Of a stretch of DNA of 64,000 nucleotides, positions 12,811 through 25,414 are shown in pieces. Position numbers and translations under genes: made by a program. Source of the stretch: Octopus vulgaris (lineage: Eukaryota); contig OX597820.1 of NCBI GenBank assembly GCA_951406725.2, forward strand, positions 79,608,001 through 79,672,000. The letters run 5' to 3'. A model generated the notes under the pieces. It was not told the DNA's origin. It saw only the letters and a list, made by a program, of their open reading frames with translations, and ran no database searches. Position 1 is the stretch's first letter; the number at the start of each line of letters is the position of its first letter.

Positions 12811-14753
12811 ACTATACTCTTTCATGTCCTTTTCCCCCACTTTTTTCTTCTTTCTTTCTGTGTGTGAATATCTCTTTTCTGTCCCTCTGTCTTCTTTTCT
12901 TTCCTTGCTGTGATGGCGATCTTTTATATATATATGGGGCGATCGCCATATATATATATATATATATAAACACACCGACAGACCTAACTCAATTCAATTT
13001 TGCGAGTTGATATAATGTGTATGTGTGTGAATATATCTATCTATCAATCTATCTATCTGTCTGTCTATGCATAAAATTCATACATACACTCAATTCCGAG
13101 AAGCTGCTGCTCATTTATTTGTCTATAAACAATAAATAAACAGGCGAATAAAGGAGTGGTGTACATCATACATACATACATACATGTGTGTACGCGCACA
13201 CGCACACACACACACACACTCACATAGACAATCTGTTCAGCTCCCTCCCTGACTACCTTGGTTACCAAGGCGACGAAATAACAGCAGCTTAAAGAGGCAA
13301 AATGAAATATAAAAGTACAGTCCACTTCCCAAATAGTAAATTATCTTCCATTTCAAACTAATTGCTCTGTCGTTACGTGTATTTTTTCTCCTTCTTCTCA
13401 TTATCGCGGTAACTAATATCCATACATAATGGTAAAAGTAGTCTTTGCGACAGAAGTCTGCTGCGCCCCGGTCAACTTGCCCGGACGGAACCATTTCATT
13501 TTTTTGCCTCCCTAATAATACTATTTAACCCTAGGTTATAGTCTTGATTAAGTAAACTCATCATGATTAAAAGTACCCTAGTTGTTACGTTCCTGATTAT
13601 TTTTTTTTTTATTTGTCTTCTAGACATTGTCGCTCGGACTATATCCCTGAATGCGGCGTTGTTTTTTCTTAAGACATTAGTTGGATCTTTTCTGTTTGAA
13701 GGACGGAATTTTCTACAAGATCCCATTAGTTCAGATTTGAGGGAAATTTGTCTATTATTTAACCTCGTTCATTGATGGAACAAACCTATATATTGTCTTT
13801 TTGGCAGAGTTTTAGAACTGCTACATCTACTTCATGGAGAAGGAAAAGGACAGGAATTGCCCCCACCCTTTTTTTTCTCTCCAAATATCTTTGTTTCATA
13901 CGACAGGAATTAAGATTCTGAAAGACTTTTATAAAAATTAACCTTTATTTACCCAATCTAATTCAGAGCCCTTTTCCTTCACAACTTCGCTGTTGTTATG
14001 TATATCAGGAACTGTGATTTGAAGACGATTTAGCTGCTTTTTCTAGCAAGCGAAGTAACAGCCAAGAGGCTCCCACGTTGGCTCCAGATTTGATTGCGAT
14101 TTTTAGCAGGCGAAAAGAGTCTCTTTTTGTTTGCTTGACTTCTACAATATTCTCTGAAAGGGCCAGGACCGCCAAGAGAAATTTTGCAAGGGGACTGCTT
14201 TCGGCCTATCGGGGTAGTGGTGGTTGGTGGGGGCTAATCTTCTCGAAAAATTTTTTTAGGAGGTACTTCGTCAAATAATTCCATTTCCCTCCTTGGCTCT
14301 GCAGTCACTGGACTAATACAACGATTAAATCTTTTTTTTTATAGACCTACGGAAGGGCATGAATGTCACAACCTTCATTTAATAAAGCCGAGATGTGTCT
14401 GTGAGAAACACATTGGTTTGTGAAACCTTATGATGAACATAAAAAAAAAGAAAGAAGTTTTGTTATACATTTGTAACTTTTGTTGATTATAGGAGCAGGC
14501 ATATCCATGTGGTTTAGAAACTTGCTCAGGAAGCAGTGGTTTCAGGTTTAGTCTCATTGTGTGGCGACACCTTGATGATTTCTACAGTAGCCGTGAAATA
14601 ACCATTGCCCGGTGAGTGAACGGTAGACGGAAACTGTAGAAGCTCGTCACATTTGTGGGTGGTATGTCTCCCCTACCTCCGCGTGACAACCGATGTTGGT
14701 TTGTTTACATCTTTGTAACTTAGCTATTTTGTAAAAGAGACCAATAGAATAAA

Positions 14754-14850
14754 GGCGGAGGTAAAGAATACGCATACCACCCGTTTTCGGCGAAACAAAA
14801 ACCCTAACCCTTACCCTAAACACCAGGTGTGCGTATTCTTTACTTTCGCC
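14754..14850. mobile_element. 97-bp MITE (Merlin-like) nested in a family A SINE
   Basis: TIRs GGCGGAGGTAAAGAATACGCATACC / GGTGTGCGTATTCTTTACTTTCGCC; 8-bp TSD AGAATAAA/AGAATAAG; internal CCCTAACCCTTACCCTAA. Confidence 0.75.
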
Positions 14851-15287
14851 AGAATAAGTACTGGGGTTATTTTACCAATTTTTGTTTTCAAGGCGGTGGT
14901 CCAGCCTCGCTGCAGCCCAGGATTGTACTTTACGAATACCGTCTGGTATTTGGAATAACTGAGCAAATCATTTACACTTTTGAATCTTAAAAAAATAATT
15001 TGTGCACCTTTCTACAGAGAAAAAAAGAGCACAGATGGTTAGTGTGACTTTCTAATCTGCCAGACAAATGTCGTTGTAAAGAAAAAAAGTAATGAAAAAT
15101 ATACTGGGAAACCTGCTGTACGAAAACTTAAATGTGTGTGTATGATCTATCTATCTATGTGTCTATCTAACTGTGTCTGTCTGTCCGTCTCTCTCTATCT
15201 CTATCTGTCTGTCTCACTGTCTATCTGTCTGACTATCCATCCATCCATCCACCCACCCACAATATATATATATATTAATATTATATA

Positions 15288-16394
15288 CTTGTCTCCATGA
15301 CCGAACTGCAGTCGTGGATCAAAAAGAGGCCGAGGAAGGGCGAATGTCGCGTTGCTCTCAAGCAACTATGCCGTCCCGGGTCGACCTTGAGTGACTTCAA
15401 CACAACTAAAGCATTCTATAGGGGATTAGTGGAAGGGAGGTACGACGACGAGCTCGGGGCGAACGTGGACGTCGACGAGGAATACCTGACCCGCCTGTTC
15501 AGGACGACTTTCGGGCCAGGGCCCATGGATAACTTCCAGAGATCCCTGGCCTGGCAGTGCTACCGAGAAGCGCTACCCGTTCGGGATAAGCTCTAACAGA
15601 CACGGCTCGAGAAACACGGGGCCGATCTACCCGAGATGCGGTCAGAGCGACGAAACCGTTCTGCACGCACTCGTGCAGTGTCCAACTATTTCCGACCTGT
15701 GGGCTTATGTCGAACGACTGCTGTCACGTGTGCGATGAGTCGGTTTATCAGCCGAGTCTATCGTCAATATTGTCATGCCTTCTTCCTTTAAACGGGAAAG
15801 AAGAGCTATTTTTATCATTCTTGTGGCTATGGCGAAAGAATGTATCTGGTGGACGCGTCTGAAAGGACTGGAGACAAACACTTTCCTCTCTGGTCAATCT
15901 CTCATCAACTTCTTCAAGTATCACTTGAAAAGGAAAGTGAGAGTAGAGAGGCAAGTTTTGTCTAGCGAATGTTTCCAAAAAAGATGGGTGAATGTAGCAA
16001 GGATGGCACGTATGAATGATGAAGCCACCTTGAACATAATCCTATGAACCCGGAAAAGTTTAATACAGAGGGTTACCTACTTGCAAACAAATGTGGTAAC
16101 ATGTAACATTATTGACCGAGGTTACCGTGGTCTTTTCCGTAGGCTTTTCTTTCCACGAATAAACCTTATCTGCTTCCCCCTTTACACTTTACATCATGAC
16201 ATTTCTGTGATACACGATCCTTATTGATCGCTTTTTTCTTTTTTTTCCTTTATTTTTCTTCTTGTTTTTCTTTCCCTTTTACGATCCCTTTTGATCGAAA
16301 ACCTACCCCACTTTTTTTTTCTCCCCCAAAAGAAAAGCTCTACTTTGTAATCTGTCCCATCTGTGTGCAGCTCTGTGTGGCTAATAAAGAAACA
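15288..16394 (+). mobile_element. 5'-truncated Tx1/L1-clade LINE (zf-RVT C-terminus of ORF2 plus 3' UTR)
   Basis: FQRSLAWQCYREALPVRDKL...PRCGQSDETVLHALVQC is the CCHC zf-RVT pattern; then IWWTR...FQKRW; in-frame stop and frameshifts; ends AATAAAGAAAC-(TA)n. Confidence 0.85.
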
Positions 16395-16417
16395 TATATA
16401 TATATATATATATATTT

Positions 16418-16640
16418 AAGGCGGCGAGCTGGCAGAAACGGGCGAAATGCGTAGCCGTATTTCGTCTGCTGTTATGTTCTGAGTCCAAATTCCGCCGAGG
16501 TTGACTTCGCCTTTCATCCTTTCGGGGTCGATAAATTAAGTACCAGTTACACACTGGGGTCGATGTAATTAACTTAATCCGTTTGTCTGTCCTTGTTTGT
16601 TCCCTCTATGTTTAGCCCCTTGTGGGTAATAAAGAAATAT
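16418..16640 (+). mobile_element. Family B SINE with Tx1-like 3' tail
   Basis: GGCGGCGAGCTGGCAGAA head, central domain, tail GCCCCTTGTGGGTAATAAAGAAA-(TA)n. Confidence 0.85.
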
Positions 16641-16939
16641 ATATATATATTTATACACATACATACACACACACACTCACATGTGCACATGTAGTTTATA
16701 GGGTAGTGTGATTGAAAAAATCCTGGTACAAGAAGTCAGTAAGCATCAAGCATGCACACAACTATGATAGCAAACAGCAGATGATATCTGATAGAGAAAT
16801 TTTCATAATTATTGCATGTTATACACTTTGTCCCACATTGAAATTGATGGAGATTTCAATAAGTTGACAGTCACCATGCAACTATTGATTTAGCAATCAA
16901 AATTGCTAAATATGCAAATAAATTCTTATATATATCCTT

Positions 16940-17325
16940 AAATCCTTAAAAAATGTTTTAGCCCAAAGGCCGCGGCCATGCTGGGGCACCACCGCTGAAT
17001 GAGCTACACTAATATGTGAATCCACCTCTGATACGTGGCACTTGATCAACAAGGGAGTTCGATGCTGCTGCCCGCATCTGCGTCTCCTGTCGTGAGGTAG
17101 GTTCATCTGGGACTCCCGACAAGAAGAGATCCAGTTTAGTTTTAACGAAACCCACATCCACACCATGTAAGTCTCTCAGGCATTTAGGGAGGATGTTAAA
17201 GAGCTGTGGTCCTCTGAAACCCAAGGTGTTGCAATATCTGGACCTGTATTTTGATGGTGATGTTGGAATCTTTGGCACCATGCAGTGGCGCCCCGTTCTG
17301 CGGTTGGGGTAACTTTGAATGCCAA
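16940..17325 (-). mobile_element. 3' end of a CR1-group LINE
   Basis: NTLGFRGPQLFNILPKCLRD...KTKLDLFLSGVPDEP...AASNSL is a typical CR1-group ORF2 C-terminus; 3' UTR GGTGCCCCAGCATGGCCGC. Confidence 0.75.
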
Positions 17326-17328
17326 TAC

Positions 17329-17360
<32 letters not shown>

Positions 17361-17404
17361 TGGAAGTGAAAGAATTTGAATAACACCTGCATTTAACTCC
17401 ATTT

Positions 17405-17695
<291 letters not shown>

Positions 17696-17899
17696 ATATA
17701 CAAGGAGGGTTGAATTTGAGTGGATTGTCAGTCAGCACTCCTGCAAATAGCTGAGTATATAGAAGTGGACAGCTTTCCTTAAAGGAAATCATTCTTACAA
17801 ACTGAAATTCTTTGTATAATAATATGGAATGGAATTCTTAGTGTTACCAAAAATTACATCCTCGGACTTTGTGTTTGTGTGTCTATAAATGGCTTACAC

Positions 17900-18800
17900 A
17901 AATAAGTGGCATGAAAACAATTATGAAAGGCTGCTGAATGTGGAAATTATGTGGGGAAGAGAAGATAGTTATACTGGTCCCAAAAGGGACCAGCTATTGT
18001 AGTGAACAATTATATGGTCAAAACAGCCATTGAAGATGTGAAGACAAGGAAAGCAGCAGGTCCATTGTGTAAAGTCCCTGAATTGCTGAAGGTATTTGGT
18101 TAAGTAGGGCTCATTTGCATAATAAGTCAGGTAATACAGAGATGTGTCATATCCAATGAATGGCATAGCAGTATAATCATGATCTGCTACAAGGGCAAAG
18201 AAAATGGTTTGGTTGGAAGCAATTGCAGAAAAATCCGACAGATGGACAACATTATGAAAATAACAGGAAGTGAATTAACACCATTGATTAGGGAAACAAT
18301 CAGTTTGTATAAGGTAAAATTTGTATTTGTGTACCTGGCTGGAGTGCAGCTGTTACTCACTTCATAGGAAGAAACTACAAAATAAATTTTTAGCTGACTG
18401 TAAGCCTCTTTACTCAGTATTTGTTGATCTGGAGAAGGCTTTTGACAGGGTACCTTGATCTGTAGTCTGGTTGTCTTTCAAAGAATTAGTTGTAGATAAA
18501 TGGCTTGTGAGAGATGTGCCAGCCATGTACGGAGCTGCTGTCAGCAAAGTGAGAGCTGACAGTATGTTCAGTAAGGAATTTAGCATGTAGGTAGATGTTC
18601 ACCAAGGTTCAGTTCTCAGCCCCTCTTTTTAAAATCCAAGATGATTATAAGACTGGCTGTCCATGGGAATTCCTATATGCTAATAACTTATAATAGAACA
18701 AATAGAAAACTCAGAGAATAAAATTTCAAATGTGGAAGCATAAGCTGGAATTGAAGGGCCTCAGGGTAAACTTGGTGAAAACCAAAAATTTAAAACATAG
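17900..18800 (+). mobile_element. Decayed RTE-clade LINE, reverse transcriptase region
   Basis: VFVDLEKAFDRVP, VHQGSVLSPSF, CPWEFLYAN, WKHKLELKGLRVNLVKTK motifs with many stops. Confidence 0.8.
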
Positions 18801-20364
18801 GAAAGAAGGGACAACTGAAGAAGGGGAATATTCCTTGTGTTGTATGTCTTGTACTCTGTTTTTTTGTTGTTTGAAAAAATGTTCGTTTCCATGTTTTTGT
18901 TTTTATGTTTTCGTTTCTCATTGTGTTCAACATTTTTTTGGTGTCCTGTACTCATATACGCATGTATATATACATATAGATGTAGGTATGTACATATATG
19001 TATGTATATGCATATGTTTATATATTATTTATGTTGTTATATGATCGAACGCCATGCATCCATTTCCAAGCATATATATATATATATATATATATAGGTG
19101 AGATAAACATGGGAGATGCATTGTTCCATGCAGAAACTGCTGGCGCTACACTCAAGTATTGCAAGGTTTTCTGAATCTTTTACAATGTCAGAAGCACTTC
19201 CATATCATCAGTAGGTATCTCAGCATCACAAGTATTTAGCCCCTTATCCTGTATGCTCTGTTTCTCTGTCTGTCTGTCTGTCTCTCTCTAGTGGATAGTC
19301 AGTTCATAGTACTAAAAGTTTCAAAATGACAGGTACACAAGGTAGTTTCTTCAGACTAAGCTAGTTCATTCAACATGTGAAGTGCTTTGGGCTTAAAGAA
19401 TTTAGACCCAACTTCCATTTGTGTTATGGATAGTTTGGGGCAAAATACATATGTACATCATTAAAAATCATATTCTTAGTCTTAAATTTGACAGAGGTGG
19501 GATTGCTTGTGTACAAATCAAAACAGAATTACCCCTTCTGATAACATGATCTATTGAATTACAATTAAATACCTGCACACTAAATTTTCCCCTGAACTCA
19601 TTGTTGCCCTTACTTCCCTGATTGCACTTCTGTACATGGCATGTGCAGCCTTTCTTAAGCCATTGGTCCACTTGTAGCCTTCTCGGGGGTCTCTAGATTA
19701 CAGATCAGAGACCATGTTAAAAGCCTGCTTGGAGGTTGACAAATGCTAAGTATAGAGGTTTATTTGAAGCTAACTCTCACTAGTTGTTTCACTAGGAATT
19801 AATGGTTCAGGTTTCTCTTCCCGGCACAAAGCTGAACTGGATCTCGTCCAGACTAATTTTGATCCTAACTAATTTTGCAACAACTCTTTATATCATCATC
19901 ATCATCATCATCATCGTTTATGTCTGTTTTCCATGCTGGCATGAATTGGAGGGTTTGACAGGAGCTGGCAAACTGGAAAGCTGCACTATGCTCCAGTTGT
20001 CTGTTTCGGTAAGGTTTCCAATGCCAACCACATTATAGAGTGTACTGGGTGCCTTTTACATGGCACCAACACAGGCGCTCTTTTATGTGGCACCAGCATA
20101 AGTGCTTTTTAATGTGGCACCAGCACAGGTGCTTTCTATGTGACTCCAGCATGGGTACTTTTTATGTGGTACCAACACTTTCGTAACTTGATTCCTCTTT
20201 AGTGCATCTTCTTTGCCCATATAGCATTTGTCTACTATCAGTCATTTCTCTGCTCCCTGGTTGATTATTTGGGTGACTAGTATGTGCCATGCTTCATAAA
20301 ATGTCTTAAATATCTCAAAGACAATCTTTAATGGATCTGCTGTTTTCATATCTTTAACTGTTCT

Positions 20365-20528
20365 TTATGTACATTATTTACATTTGATGGATATTTGTCC
20401 TCATCTTGTTTGTTGTTAACACAATGTTTCGGCTGATATACTCTCCAGCCTTCATCAGGTGTCTTGGGGAAATTTCAAACCTGGGTTCTTATTCCTAAGG
20501 TATTTGTCAATGTTATTCCAGGCAGTGA

Positions 20529-20563
<35 letters not shown>

Positions 20564-20736
20564 TCGAAAAAATACCTTAGGAATGAGAACCCAGGTTTGA
20601 AATTTCCCCAAGACACCTGATGAAGGCTGGAGGGTATATCAGCTGAAACGTTGTGTTAACAACAAGCAAGATGAGGACAAATATCTGTCAAATGTAAATA
20701 ATGTACATAAATTCTCATCTCTTAAATATAGAACTG
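20365..20736 (+). mobile_element. Fold-back short retroelement with hammerhead motif (candidate Penelope-dependent SINE), copy 1, head truncated
   Basis: About 150-bp inverted arms; 12-bp TSD TTTAACTGTTCT (20353-20364 and 20738-20749); same 3' end CTCATCTCTTAAATATAGAACTG as copy 2. Confidence 0.8.
20612..20657 (+). ncRNA. Minimal type I hammerhead ribozyme motif (Penelope-type); antisense copy at 20418-20463
   Basis: GACAC-CTGATGA-A-GGCTG-(10 nt loop)-CAGCT-GAAA-CG-TT-GTGTT: stem I, catalytic core, stem II, palindromic AACGTT in place of stem III. Confidence 0.7.
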
Positions 20737-20879
20737 ATTTAACTGTTCTGTCTGTCACTCTACACTGCGGTCAAGTTGGATGGCAGGTCCTTTGTTGGGT
20801 CTACTTGGAGTAGGTTCTCTGCCTTGCATTTTCCTTATTCAATAACCTTTCATAATAGCGCTTTCATGCTTCTTTCTTT

Positions 20880-21860
20880 CTAGCAACAGTAAAGTCAAGT
20901 GAACTGCTATTGTTCTGAATACACTTCTCTCCTATGACACCTCAGATTCTTGTTATTCAAAGCAACTCTTGCTCCTGACCTTGATGTTGCAAATCATGTA
21001 CAAATCTTATTTTCACTTCTCTAGCTAAGTATATCTTATGCTTAGCTTTTCTTCTAGCCAGCTTCCAATCTTTCCAAGCCTATCTATGTCTATCTACCAT
21101 GTCATTCCACTACTGCATCATCTTTGATTTGACTGGAATTTTGTACTGGTCACAGATATGATTTTTATCTTTCAAAACAGTTGTCCCATAGAATCTGCCA
21201 GTTGCCCTTAATGTTCTAAGTCTCTATCATTTTTCTCCTACTGTCAAGAGCATCCATTAGAAATTCTTTGACTCTGCAAGTAATTGAGGGCTCATTTAGC
21301 TTCCATGTCTTCTTGTTTTTCTAGATTGTCTTTCTGTTTCTAGGTCCATCTAGTTCTTAACTTGAAGACTAGTCACTAATTTATGTTGTGTTGCGCATTC
21401 TTCATTAGGAAAAATGCATTTTCTATCTCTCCCATTTCCTGGTGAAAATAAAGTTTATTTGTTTGATTGATAGGGGATCTGTTGCCCTGTTGATTTCCCA
21501 AAGTTTGTGTTGTGAATGGTTAATTTTGTCTCACAAAACACTAAGGGCCTTGGTCCCTCCTTTTCTTTCATACTATAACCCTTACCTCCATGTATACCAC
21601 TGAAACCCTTGTACTTTTGCTCAACATTCCATTTAAATTGCCAGCCATAATAATGAAGTGACTATTAACTTAACTATTTCTCAGTTAGTTGTATGTCTAC
21701 TTCACCTACCCCAATGCTGTTACCTTCCCAGAAGGGTTTGCTTGAGGATCCCTTCCATTTTATCTCTTGCACACAACAGCATATATCACTCCTCTCCAGC
21801 ATCTTCATAATCTCTCCAGATTCACCTTTCATCATGCCTATGTTGATAGTGGTAGACCTA
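20880..21860 (-). mobile_element. Decayed RTE-clade LINE, AP-endonuclease region
   Basis: TINIGMMKGESGEIMKMLERSDICCCVQEIKWKG, IMAGNLNG, GIHGGKGY, TQHKLVT motifs on the minus strand. Confidence 0.7.
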
Positions 21861-22379
21861 AAATTTTTGATATGAGAGGAGGTGGGGAGTGGAATGTCCT
21901 GTGGTGGTTTGGTTGGTTGCTGTTCATGCATCTGTCGGAAATAAGGAAGTTTGTGCTTTTTTTCTTTTCTCATGATCAGAAAGTTCTCATACATGGTTTT
22001 GTATTTTATCTTTTGATTTGTTCACTACTATTCACTCACTGATCAATAATTTACCTTAAATAGTTATCATTCTTCTTTTTCTTCTTATTATTAAAGCAGC
22101 GAGTTGGCAGAATCATTAACATGCAGGATGAAGTGCTTAGCAGTATTTCATCTGTCTCCATGTTCTGAGTTCAAATTCCGCCAAGGTTGACTTTACTTTT
22201 CATCCTTTCAGTGTCAATAAATTTAGTACCAACCAAACTCTGAGGTTGATGTAATCAACTTGGCCCCTCCCCACAAATTTCTGGCTTTGTGCCTATAGTA
22301 GAAAGGATTATTATTATTTCTATTATTAAGAAAGAAATCATTATTATTATTATTTTGTAGTCTTCTTTTTATTACGTGT

Positions 22380-22625
22380 TTTTTGACTGCTCTTTTGAAA
22401 CATAGATCTGTGGTCCTTGGGTGTGTGTTGTGGTTTGTTTTGGTGTTGTTATTTTTACTGGATTGAAAATGTTCTATGTAAGACGTGAGGAACCTAGCAG
22501 TACTATTTTCTGTATGTTATGTATATATTTGTATGTCCTGGTGTTTTGGTTATGTATTTGTCTGCATATTTTTTGACTGTACCTAAAGCACCTATTATGA
22601 TAGGATTTATTTCTGTTTTCAGGTT
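22380..22625 (-). mobile_element. R4/Dong-like LINE 3' end
   Basis: Frameshifted PIIIGALG...HNIQKIVLLGSS C-terminal motif. Confidence 0.65.
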
Positions 22626-24090
22626 CCACATTCTGGTTATTTCTGTTTCCAGATCTTTGTGTTTTGATAGTTTTTTCCATTTCTGTTAGAAATACATTAT
22701 CCTCTATTGGAAATATGTTGATTAGGGGAGACCTTTTTTTCTTAATGGTCCTTGAGAACAATATCTGGTTGATTACCTTTGATCTTCCAAACTGCGTGTA
22801 TTGGCACATGGTTGCATTGTCATTTTTGGAGACCTTTCTGGAGCATTCTTATACCACTTCTTGCACACAACAGCACTGTTCAGTTTTTCAGAGTTTTGTT
22901 ATTTTAACAGGTTCAACCTTATGATCAGCTCAGATATTTGTAAATATAAGTGCTTCAAATGTTAAAAACTTCTGATTTTCCTGAGAGTAAATCTATTACA
23001 CCTTTTCTGTTTTTTTCTTTCTATTTTTGTACCATTTATATCTATAGGTGGAGGCACAATGGCCCAGTGGTTAGTGCTATTCTCTCACTCAAATAAATCA
23101 TACCTACATACATACACATAACCCTATCGCCACACTTACACACACATACACACATATATATAGTTTCCATTTACGATATCCACTCACAAGGCTTTGTTCA
23201 GACCATGGGGCTGTCGTGGAAGACACTTGCCGAAAGTGGTGTGCAGTGGAACTAAACCCATGACAACATGATTGGGAAGCAAGCTTTTTAACCAGACACC
23301 CACATCTGCATGGATAATTAGATAAAAATTTGCCAAGTACAAATTTCCGGATTTGTAATTTGAATAAAAGAAATTACTAAGTCCTTTTGACTAAGCTTAA
23401 GTTTTGCTCTCCATTAATAAAATAGCACAAAACAAATAACAACAAAAATGGCCTGATTAACTGACTTTGTTTTCATTATACTTTTCATGGATAAAATTGT
23501 TTGTCTTTTAATTTCATCAACAAAACTTAATAATGAGCAGGTGTTTTTCACTGAAAAATGTTCATTTTATGTAAATTAACATTTGTTGAAGAAATAATTT
23601 ATGGAAAATGCTAAAATTTTCCATTTAATCATGTATATCTCTTTATATAAAAGGAAGCCATTGAGTTTGTTGGTAAAACTTAAGAGGGTTAAACCATAGT
23701 TTATATAAAGGTGTCAGCATTTCTTTCCTTTTTTTTTTTTCATTTGTTTTAGTCTTTTGACTGTGGCCATACTGGGGCACAACCCTGAAGGGCTTAATTG
23801 AAGAAATTGACCCCAGGACTTGTTTTTTAAAGTTTGGTACTTTTTCTATCAGCCTCTTTATTTCTTTAATCTTTTTCTTGTTTCAGTCATTTGAGTGAGG
23901 CCATGCTGGAGCACTGCTTTGAAAAATTTTTAGTCAAATGAATTGACTCCAGTACTTTTTTATTAAAGCTTAGTGCTTATTCTTATTGCATTCTTTTGCT
24001 AAACCCCTAAGTTACTGGGATGTAAACACACCAACACTGGTTGTCAAGTAGTGGTTGGGGACAAACACACATGCAAAGACACATGTACAC

Positions 24091-24132
<42 letters not shown>

Positions 24133-24290
24133 CACATCGTTGATTTAAGGTGTATTATTTAGTATAGTAATTATTAGTACAATATTAATAATATATTTAA
24201 ATTTATATTTTATTGTAGATAATATCTTTCACTATTAATTGAATTACTTTGATGGAGGTTCTGTCTCTTAATTCTCTCTCTCTCTATATA

Positions 24291-24352
<62 letters not shown>

Positions 24353-25414
24353 GCACTAGGAAAGGCATCCAGTGATAGAAACCATGCCAAATCAGATTGG
24401 AACCTGGTGTAACTGTCTAGCTTACCAGTTCCAGTCAAACTGTCTAACCCATGCCAGCATGGAAAGATGATGATGATGACGATAACATATATATATATAT
24501 GTGATGGGTGTCTCAGTTTTCCTTTAAAAAAATCTACTCACAAAGCTTTGATTTGGCTGAAGCTTAATTGAAAATACTTGCCCAAGGTGCTACACAGTTT
24601 AACTGAACCTGGAACCATGTGGTTGGGAAGCAAGCTTCTTACTACACAGCCACACCTGCACCTCTGTTTCCTTAAAATATATATACGTTATACCTGTTTA
24701 AGAAATCACAATCCAGTGTTGGTAGAAAGTGCACGCAACTGTCAGTATTTAATTTTGTCTATCTTCTTGATTCAAATCTCAGCAAAGTCAAATCCACTTT
24801 TTATTCCACCAGGATTAATGAAATAAATACCACCATACCTTAGATTCAATTCAACTATCAGCACTTCCTTACAGAAAAAAATATCCATGGACTCATGTTA
24901 AACGTTATAAATCAATATTTATTAAGATTGTTTCATGAGCAACACTATTATCAAAATGATAAATGTATTAATGTTACAATTTCCCTTAAATCTCTGGGGC
25001 TTAAATGCTCCTGCAAGAAATCAATAATTATTAGGCCTGTTCCCTATGCCTCACCATTACCAGAGTGACAAGACTCTTTTGTTGATGGCTAGACAATACC
25101 AAGCATCAACATTCATGTATTCATGTTGCATACATATGTGTAATCATGCATGTATGTGCATGCGTCAGTAAAGAATCTTTGGAATGTCTTAATATTCCAT
25201 GTACCCCTCATTGATTAATCTGTTGGCTGTGATTCAATCCTTGTTGATTCCTCTCCTTCATTTTTTTATTATTTTCTTATATTTTATTTTGGCATTTTTT
25301 TCCCCCTCTTACAGAGAAACCCAACTGTGAAATAGAGAAATGGCTACTACTAAGATTAAATAGAATAAGATTTAGAAGAATTTAAAAAATAAATTAAAAT
25401 CCCTGGAAATTCCT

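Noticed and set aside
18812-18840. Hammerhead at CTGAAGAAGGGGAATATTCC
   Set aside because: No following GAAA box or stem I.
20365-20736. Pre-miRNA or simple MITE interpretation
   Set aside because: The arms are far longer than a pre-miRNA; the ends are asymmetric, and junction and TSD differ between the two copies.
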